DNA from: an uncultured bacterium
Lineage (GTDB): Bacteria; Patescibacteriota; Minisyncoccia; Phycocordibacterales; Phycocordibacteraceae
Length of the DNA stretch: 64,000 nt
Direction of reading: 5' to 3'
Assembly (NCBI GenBank): GCA_947085985.1
Contig: CAMTYL010000003.1
Location: 15,826-79,825, forward strand
Part shown: positions 61,517-64,000 of the stretch, piece after piece
How positions within the stretch are numbered: the first letter of the stretch is position 1
How the letters are laid out: every line of letters begins with the position of its first letter
Translations under genes and position numbers: made by a program
The notes under the pieces: model-generated
What the model was told of the DNA's origin: nothing
The model's input: the letters and a program-made list of their open reading frames with translations, nothing else
The model's database searches: none

Positions 61517-63178
61517 CTACTTGGTTTTAATCATGTCGCGCTCAATATCGGCAAAGGTGCCATGCACTTTCTTGCCTGGGTTAAAGATATCAAGCGGGTC
61601 AAAAATACGTTTTGTTTCCTCAAACACCGCCACCATCTTTGCGCCAAAGAGCTGTGGCAGATACGGCGTGCGGATAATGCCATCGTTGTGCTCGCCAGTC
61701 GTAGTCCCACCGTACTCAATGACGAGGTCATAGACGCGGGGCGCTAGCTCAAGCACCACGTCGCGCGTTTCTTTCTTACTTAAGTCCATAAGCGGAATGA
61801 TGTGGAAGTTTCCGTTTCCGATGTGGCCTGCAATCGTGTACACAAACTTGTCCTTATACTCGGCAAGGAGAGCGTCCAGCTTCGGAAGAAATTCTGGATA
61901 ACAATCAGGCGTGACCACAAAGTCGTCAATAAACGGTGCTGCGTACATGCCACGCACACTCTTGCGAAGCAAGGAGAAGCTTTCGCGGCGCACCTTCCAA
62001 TATTTCTGCGCTTCTCGTTCGTTGCGCTTTATGCTCATAGTGAGCCCGAGTGGTCGAAGGGCGTCGTGTGCTTTTTTTGCCGCGAAGAGCGCTTCCTCTG
62101 CGGTGTCCTCGGAAAACTCTGCCATAAGTACTAACTTTGGTACGCCACCACGGAGCACCATGAACACTTCAGGAATAAAGGAAAGTCCTAATCGAATTGC
62201 AGGGATAAGTCCCATCTGCGAGAGCATCTGTGGGAGAAAGCGCACAGCGAGTGAAAAGGTGTGGTCGTCGTAGGACTCAAACGACTCGGGGTTGAAGGGA
62301 AGTACGGTGCGGACAATTTCTGGTAGATGCTTCAAATCAGAGAGGAATATGACAAGCATCGCGCGATGCTCTTGTTGGCGCACAAGCCGCAGCTTGAACT
62401 TCGTCGTGAGTGCCAGGGTGCCCTGCGCGCCGCAGATAAGTTTTGCGATGTTCATGGTTCCTGTCTTTGGGTCCATCACATCCCACAGTGCGTACCCTGC
62501 GGAATTTTTAGATACCTTTGGCTTTGCGGCGGCTATTTCGTCTTTGTGAAGTTCCAAAAGCTCGGTCAGTTCTCGGTAAATGCCGCCTTCGCGTGTTTTG
62601 AGTTGCTTCTTTTCCTCCACTTCTGATTTAGAAAGCGGACCAAAGGTGACAATGCTGCCGTCGTCCAAAACTGCTTCTACTTCTTCTATGTAGTCGCTGG
62701 TCTTTCCGTACTCTAGCGTGCGCTCGCCTCCGGAATTGTTATTCACGATTCCGCCAAGCGCTGCTATCTCACGGGATGCGGGATAGGAGGGAAGTATCTG
62801 GTTCCCGTCTGCGAGCGTCGCCTTCTCAAAATCGCGGTAGTAACAGCCAGGCTCTACTACGGCGTACCCATTTCTCACTTCTATTACCTTGTTGATGTAT
62901 GTGGTGAACACTGCAACGACAGACGTGGTGAGTGAGCCGCCTGACATGCAGGTCCCCGCTGAGCGTGCAGAAATGGAAACGTTCATACCTTCCTGCTTGG
63001 CGGTGTGTACCGTGCGCACCAGGCCCGCCACGTCCTCTTTATCTTTTGGAAACACCACTACCTCGGGCGTGCGTGTAAAGATACTCGTGTCTCTACTATA
63101 GGTGGCAAGGTCTTTTGCTGAGACCGACACGTCTCCACGCATTTCTTTCTTCAAACGGTCAACAAGGGGGACAGACAT
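61517..63178 (-). CDS. FAD-linked oxidase (PCMH FAD-binding, D-lactate/glycolate dehydrogenase family)
   Basis: FAD_binding_4-type N-terminus and an FAD-oxidase C-terminal domain, 553 aa. Confidence 0.85.
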   Translation of the reverse strand: MSVPLVDRLKKEMRGDVSVSAKDLATYSRDTSIFTRTPEVVVFPKDKEDVAGLVRTVHTAKQEGMNVSISARSAGTCMSGGSLTTSVVAVFTTYINKVIEVRNGYAVVEPGCYYRDFEKATLADGNQILPSYPASREIAALGGIVNNNSGGERTLEYGKTSDYIEEVEAVLDDGSIVTFGPLSKSEVEEKKQLKTREGGIYRELTELLELHKDEIAAAKPKVSKNSAGYALWDVMDPKTGTMNIAKLICGAQGTLALTTKFKLRLVRQQEHRAMLVIFLSDLKHLPEIVRTVLPFNPESFESYDDHTFSLAVRFLPQMLSQMGLIPAIRLGLSFIPEVFMVLRGGVPKLVLMAEFSEDTAEEALFAAKKAHDALRPLGLTMSIKRNEREAQKYWKVRRESFSLLRKSVRGMYAAPFIDDFVVTPDCYPEFLPKLDALLAEYKDKFVYTIAGHIGNGNFHIIPLMDLSKKETRDVVLELAPRVYDLVIEYGGTTTGEHNDGIIRTPYLPQLFGAKMVAVFEETKRIFDPLDIFNPGKKVHGTFADIERDMIKTK

Positions 63179-63219
63179 ATGTACGTCAGTATAGCAGTCT
63201 ACCCATTTGTGTATGGGGA

Positions 63220-63645
63220 TTAGTGATGGAGTCCGACCACTTTAAAATTGTAGAAGAGATTAAAAAGGTAGTTGCCCATACCCACAAAAAGCGAGGTGAG
63301 TACACGCGCAGCCAGGAAATGAAGACCCGCATAGGTCACAAACAACGTGACCCCCAACGTGGTGACGAGCGCTCCAAGCACTGCCACGCCAATAAAGACC
63401 GAGTACCCAACCCTGTGTCTGCGAGTGGTGCCGCGAAATACAAAGCGTCTACTTATAAGGTAATTGAGAGATACTGCTACCAAGAACGCGCCCGGAGTCG
63501 CCAGATAATAGGGTACGCCAAGGTACGTAGTCACTAAAAACAGAAGCAGTAGGTCAAAGAGAAAGGTGGAGCCGCCCACCAGCACATAGCGAAGGAAGCG
63601 CACAAGCGCCTTGCGTTCTACATATTGTGCAAGGTTCATATACAC
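63220..63645 (-). CDS. GtrA-family membrane protein
   Basis: 4-TM small protein with the GtrA motif LVGGSTFLFD...NYLISRRFVF. Confidence 0.7.
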   Translation of the reverse strand: MYMNLAQYVERKALVRFLRYVLVGGSTFLFDLLLLFLVTTYLGVPYYLATPGAFLVAVSLNYLISRRFVFRGTTRRHRVGYSVFIGVAVLGALVTTLGVTLFVTYAGLHFLAARVLTSLFVGMGNYLFNLFYNFKVVGLHH

Positions 63646-63688
63646 ACTTTAGCGCGGAAAAGGGCAAATGGTATACTGTGCTTTACCT

Positions 63689-64000
63689 ATGAATTCAACC
63701 ATTCCTGCACTAAAAATTACCGATTTGAAGAAGGTGTACGCAGGGGAGAAGGGTAAGCCAGGAACTGAAGCGCTTAAGGGAGTGTCGCTTACGGTGGAGC
63801 AGGGAGAATTCTTTGCACTCCTTGGACCAAATGGGGCAGGGAAAAGCACGCTGATTGGTATTACCTCGGGGCTCACTACCAAATCGTCCGGCACCGTTGA
63901 GATAAACGGCGTGTCGCTTGATGGGGACCCAGACACGGCAAAGGCATCTCTTGGGGTGGTGTCGCAGGAGATCAATCTCAACATTTTTGAAAGGGTGATA
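63689..64000 (+). CDS. ABC transporter ATP-binding protein (3' end truncated by the window)
   Basis: Walker A GPNGAGKST. ORF runs off the window end. Confidence 0.8.
   Translation, partial: MNSTIPALKITDLKKVYAGEKGKPGTEALKGVSLTVEQGEFFALLGPNGAGKSTLIGITSGLTTKSSGTVEINGVSLDGDPDTAKASLGVVSQEINLNIFERVI

Overview
This 64-kb window comes from a bacterial chromosome with a dense housekeeping backbone. Backbone genes are thrS, dnaE, rnhB, rpmF, nusB, rnc, an SMC-like ATPase, gdhA, rnr, rpsP-khpA-trmD, rpoB-rpoC, dnaG-rpoD, a UvrD/RecB-like helicase-nuclease, hisS and prmC. Compositionally distinct islands interrupt it. (1) An AT-richer defence island at 32.4-39.5 kb holds a T5orf172/GIY-YIG protein, a DUF2806-like protein, a frameshifted NYN gene and a complete Type III restriction-modification pair (Mod + Res). 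(2) Several GC-rich islets carry small membrane or unknown proteins that, unlike the backbone, use strong Shine-Dalgarno sites. (3) A RhuM-N/Doc-like Fic protein, an EVE reader domain and a small alarmone hydrolase sit at 41.8-44.5 kb. (4) A 950-aa secreted LCAT-like lipase lies next to AT-rich membrane proteins. (5) A two-gene module at 60.7-63.2 kb pairs an FAD-linked dehydrogenase with an alternative oxidase (AOX/PTOX), i.e. a minimal quinol:O2 chain. (6) The window opens with a giant surface protein built of seven near-identical Ig-like tandem repeats. The backbone shows a recurrent TGGTAnnnT element 6-10 nt upstream of start codons, which implies mostly leaderless mRNAs. Ribosomal proteins and sigma-70 carry low-complexity extensions, rimM and rplS are absent from the rpsP cluster, and NusB is fused to a Nudix-like domain. 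From these features I infer a reduced, Patescibacteria/CPR-like lineage, though this is not proven. I saw no rRNA, tRNA or CRISPR array.
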